The notes under the pieces: generated by a model
Seen by the model: the letters and a program-made list of their open reading frames with translations, nothing else
Told to the model about the DNA's origin: nothing
Databases searched by the model: none
In this document: one piece after another, positions 62,801 to 64,000 of the stretch
Layout: every line of letters begins with the position of its first letter
Numbering within the stretch: position 1 is the stretch's first letter
Made by a program: the position numbers and the translations under genes
DNA from: an uncultured Acidobacteriota bacterium
Lineage (GTDB): Bacteria; Acidobacteriota; Blastocatellia; RBC074
Direction: 5' to 3'
NCBI GenBank assembly: GCA_963796275.1
Contig: CAWCKY010000006.1
Span: 2,688,001 to 2,752,000 of the forward strand
Length of the DNA: 64,000 nucleotides

Positions 62801-64000
62801 AAGCCACCGCAAGGCTTCCTCCTCAAAGGCCGATGAGGTGATTTCAGTCGATGCCAACTCCGAAGCTTTACCGACGCACTCCGGGTCCAGGTGCGCCTTG
62901 CCGAAGGGAATCGTGACCGTGAACACGCTCCCCTCTCCGAACACGCTGTCTACGCGCGCCGCGCCGCCGTGGAGTCTGACGAGTTCATGAACCAGCGCCA
63001 GTCCGATTCCCGTGCCTTCGTGCGTCCGGCCGCGGCTTTGCTCGATGCGGTGGAATCGCTCGAACATGCGCGGCAATTCTTCGGACGGAATGCCCACCCC
63101 GGTGTCTCGCACCGTCAACTGCGCCTGGCCATCGATCGCCTGCAAGCGCACTTCGATTTCGCCCTTCATTGTGAACTTGAAAGCGTTGCTCACCAGGTTC
63201 AGGACGATCTTCTCCCACATGTCGCGATCGACATATACCGGCTCCCCTCCGCTGAACGGCGGGCAATCAACGACCAACTGCAGGCCGGCCTTTTCGCAGG
63301 CCGAACGGAAGTTGCTGGCGAGTTCCACCGTCAGCGCGGACAGGTCAGTGAGATGGTACGAAGCCCGTATGCGCCCGGCCTCGATGCGGGAGAAATCGAG
63401 AAGCGTGTTTACGAGCTTGAGCAACCTGAGGGCGTTTCGGTGTGACAAGGCCAAGTCCTCGGCCGCGCCGGGCGGGAGTACACCGTGCGCGTTCGCAAGA
63501 GCCTCTTCGAGCGGGCCGAGCATCAAGGTGAGCGGCGTGCGGAACTCATGCGAGACGTTCGAGAAGAACGCAGTCTTGGCGCGGTCGAGTGCGGCCAGCG
63601 CCTCGGCCCGTTTGCGCTCCTCATCGTAAGCGCGGGCGTTGGCGATGGCCATTGCAAGTTGCCCTGCGGCGAGTTCGAGGAAGCTGCGATAGTCGTCGGC
63701 AAAAGCCAGGCGTGGGCTGAGGCCGGCAACCAGAAACCCGGCGGGCAGATCTTGCACGCCAGCCTTGGCGAGCGGCAGTACCAGCGCGCGCTTTGTCCAA
63801 TCGTCCGCCCACGGGCCGGCAGGCAAACGTCCGAACCGCACTTCCAGATTTTCGACAATCTGACTCTGCTTTGTTTCCAGGACGCGGCGGAAATTCCAAA
63901 CGTCTTCGTCGCTGTCAATGGCGACTGCCTCGGGATTCGCTATTGCTCCGGCGGCAAGATTGACTGCCTCGCACAGGCGCGCCTGCTGGCTATCTTCGTC
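59861..64000 (-). CDS. Large hybrid sensor kinase GAF-HisKA-HATPase-REC-GAF-PAS-PAS-HisKA-HATPase-REC (N-terminus beyond window)
   Basis: Two H-boxes (SHEFRTP, SHELRTP) and two receivers (SDVMMP, SDIGMP); frame stays open to 64000. Confidence 0.93.
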   Translation of the reverse strand, partial: DEDSQQARLCEAVNLAAGAIANPEAVAIDSDEDVWNFRRVLETKQSQIVENLEVRFGRLPAGPWADDWTKRALVLPLAKAGVQDLPAGFLVAGLSPRLAFADDYRSFLELAAGQLAMAIANARAYDEERKRAEALAALDRAKTAFFSNVSHEFRTPLTLMLGPLEEALANAHGVLPPGAAEDLALSHRNALRLLKLVNTLLDFSRIEAGRIRASYHLTDLSALTVELASNFRSACEKAGLQLVVDCPPFSGGEPVYVDRDMWEKIVLNLVSNAFKFTMKGEIEVRLQAIDGQAQLTVRDTGVGIPSEELPRMFERFHRIEQSRGRTHEGTGIGLALVHELVRLHGGAARVDSVFGEGSVFTVTIPFGKAHLDPECVGKASELASTEITSSAFEEEALRWLPEDDSRHSGEPTFAPALAGSDRDLPDIQPEGRRARILWADDNTDMHEYVSRLLGGRCDVQAISDGQAALEAARANPPDLVLSDVMMPRLDGFGLLREMRADPKLREIPIVLLSARAGEESRVEGMEAGADDYLIKPFSARELVARVETHVKMSRLRREAERRLAAELAATQALQEISTRMIYEGDIGSLYEQVLDAAMAVMQSDMASMQVVDEGEDALRMLAFRGFGPEFGRVFELNRRDRKTTCNAARRVGHRVIVADVGTCDFIVGTPSLEAYRKAGIRAVQSTPLISRSGRLLGMISTYWRRPHQPSERDLRLLDVLARQAADLLERKQADELLRESEQRFRTLADDAPVLIWLNSPTGCEFANRKYLEFLGVGEAEVLGDKWAEFVHPQDREAYVNAYREAVSGRVRFEAEFRFRRRDGEYRWMHSVGMPRFEGGEFKGYVGSAFDIHDRKLAEAVIAQMAAIVESSDDSIIGTDSNAIITSWNEGAEKLLGYTAAEIIGKPVTILIPSEREDEESYILELIRRGESVDHYETVRRGKDGGEIDISLTVSPIRDKSGKVIGASKIARDISERKRIEIEREELLRRESEARGEAEKTNRIKDEFLATVSHELRTPLNAMLGWLQMLRWGNLEEAEVAPALEAIERNAKAQNRLVDDLLDTSRISMGKLQFEQSPVELIPVIEAALEAVRPSAEAKGVELRLELDPTAGLVLGDATRLQQIVWNLLSNAIKYTPQGEYVETRLERDGASAAIIVRDTGEGISPEFLPHVFAPFRQADASMTRRHGGLGIGLTIVRHLVEAHGGQVSASTEGAGQGATFKVVLPLTTSADTGPKEKDKDAAEQSALLTGLRALLVDDNLDTRMLLSMALNKHGAEVRAGATVREALEILEQWQPDVLVSDIGMPGEDGYDLIRQVRSLPDERGGNIPAVAVTGFASTKDAARAIAAGYQMFVTKPIDLGELMALIRSLTQHFGMGQNS

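Overview
Bacterial genomic window, probably Acidobacteriota (Blastocatellia-like). This is inferred from the Oar-type TonB receptor, acidobacterial VWA protein, TPR/FG-GAP/ASPIC-UnbV protein and PQQ propellers; no search was run. Layout: (1) 1-13.4 kb: an ECF sigma/zf-HC2 anti-sigma pair and an AraC-associated run of mostly exported esterases and oxidoreductases, with a tandem-duplicated, decaying iorAB-type molybdoenzyme locus. (2) 13.7-34.7 kb: an unusually elaborate Kdp potassium island. It contains kdpFAB-porin-kdpC, a CBS protein, a KdpD split into separate genes, a His-less pseudokinase fused to a transporter-type cytoplasmic domain, a KimA-like K+ transporter, a second porin and extra small membrane peptides. 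Four promoters share a 4x TTTA(C/T) ~11-bp-period box followed by a TAGYNT -10. (3) 35-51 kb: secreted hydrolases, a PQQ propeller, an S8 protease and a decayed integron-cassette-like stretch with one clear attC. (4) 51-64 kb: a TonB receptor, a decaying DUF1254/DUF1214 cluster and a large double-kinase hybrid sensor running off the edge. Indels cluster in kdpAB, ior and DUF1254, and some are probably sequencing errors. Family assignments come from motif recognition, not database searches. No tRNA, rRNA, CRISPR, transposase or integrase was seen.
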